A DNA stretch of 64,000 nt, taken from the NCBI GenBank assembly GCA_965644295.1, contig CBFFRP010000146.1, positions 434,001 to 498,000 on the forward strand, written 5' to 3'. The stretch is from Paraphysomonas bandaiensis (taxonomy: Eukaryota > Protista > Chrysophyceae). The translations under genes and the position numbers were made by a program. Positions 63,252-64,000 of this stretch are shown one piece after another. Numbering within the stretch: the first letter of the stretch is position 1; each line of letters starts with the position of its first letter. The notes under the pieces are model-generated. The model saw only the letters and a list, made by a program, of their open reading frames with translations. It was not told the DNA's origin and ran no database searches.

Positions 63252-64000
63252 TCATATAGACCTGAAGTCTGATGGCAGACCATCTCCCTCAGCCATCCAT
63301 AGTGGGCATTGATCCACCCCAGTTGTGCTGACCTCGCTGAGTGGTGTGACATACGTGAGCTGACTAGAAGTGGTTTGGGTGTGTTGAGGGAATGACGAAG
63401 GTACAGAAGAAGTCTGAGAAACAGATCGACCTACACACACACGGAGATCGCTAATGTCGCTCAAAGGAGACTCTCCCTCTGAAGAAGAGAGCTTATGCTT
63501 TGCAAAGCACAGCTCTTCTGATCCCTCACCCTCGTACTCATAAGGAAATTCACAAAAAGCCCTTACATGATGATGGAAGCTAGACATTGAGGGAGACTCT
63601 TGAATCCTGAACATTAGATACGTTGAAACTAATCGCAGTACCAAACACATTGATCACCACAAACAAGTTCATCAAGCACAACATCATAGAGGCGAATTCT
63701 TACGGGTTTCTAATAAGCTCCCATGGTATTCTCGATGATATGGTAGGTAGTGCATCTAGCTTTGGCTCTAGGTCCGGTGTAGGCTGTATGTCACACCTTA
63801 CCTGAAAATCAGAGAGCAGACAGTAAATGTGAGCAACACACGTAATGAACGCACCACAGACACTGTCTTCTGAAGAAGAGGTCGTTCAACTGGCTGAAGT
63901 TCTTGCGACGTATTTAATTTGTAAGGATGAGTGTGAGTAAATGGAGAGCCAGATGGGAGAGTGCTGTAATCGCACATCCTTGCCTGTACTCCCGAGTGAA
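63252..64000 (-). CDS. 3' part of an uncharacterised Ser-rich multi-exon gene running off the window
   Basis: Open frames with intron-like gaps near 63610-63650 and 63800-63850; stop at 63252. Confidence 0.5.

Overview
Gene-dense eukaryotic nuclear DNA with short (mostly about 45-70 nt) GT-AG introns and the standard code. Gene and transposon content suggest a flagellated stramenopile (inference). Host genes: an MFS transporter, a double p25-alpha/IQ protein, a two-pore-channel-like protein, a TTC4/Cns1 co-chaperone, a bacterial-type alpha/beta hydrolase, a ~5,670-aa multi-SPRY HECT E3 ligase (4 exons, one of 14.3 kb), a CRT-like transporter, PPAN/Ssf1, a formin with CCDC53-like repeats, and several unknown genes. 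Mobile DNA: a 4.4-kb pogo/Fot-type (DD35D) transposon with an intron-containing transposase and a decayed second gene; a 2.47-kb Crypton (tyrosine recombinase) whose ends read as two halves of a lox/att-like site; copia and LINE remnants; and a dispersed 400-520 bp LTR-like repeat (9 copies or pieces) that tends to start AGT and end ACT. All calls come from reading motifs by eye; no database searches were run.
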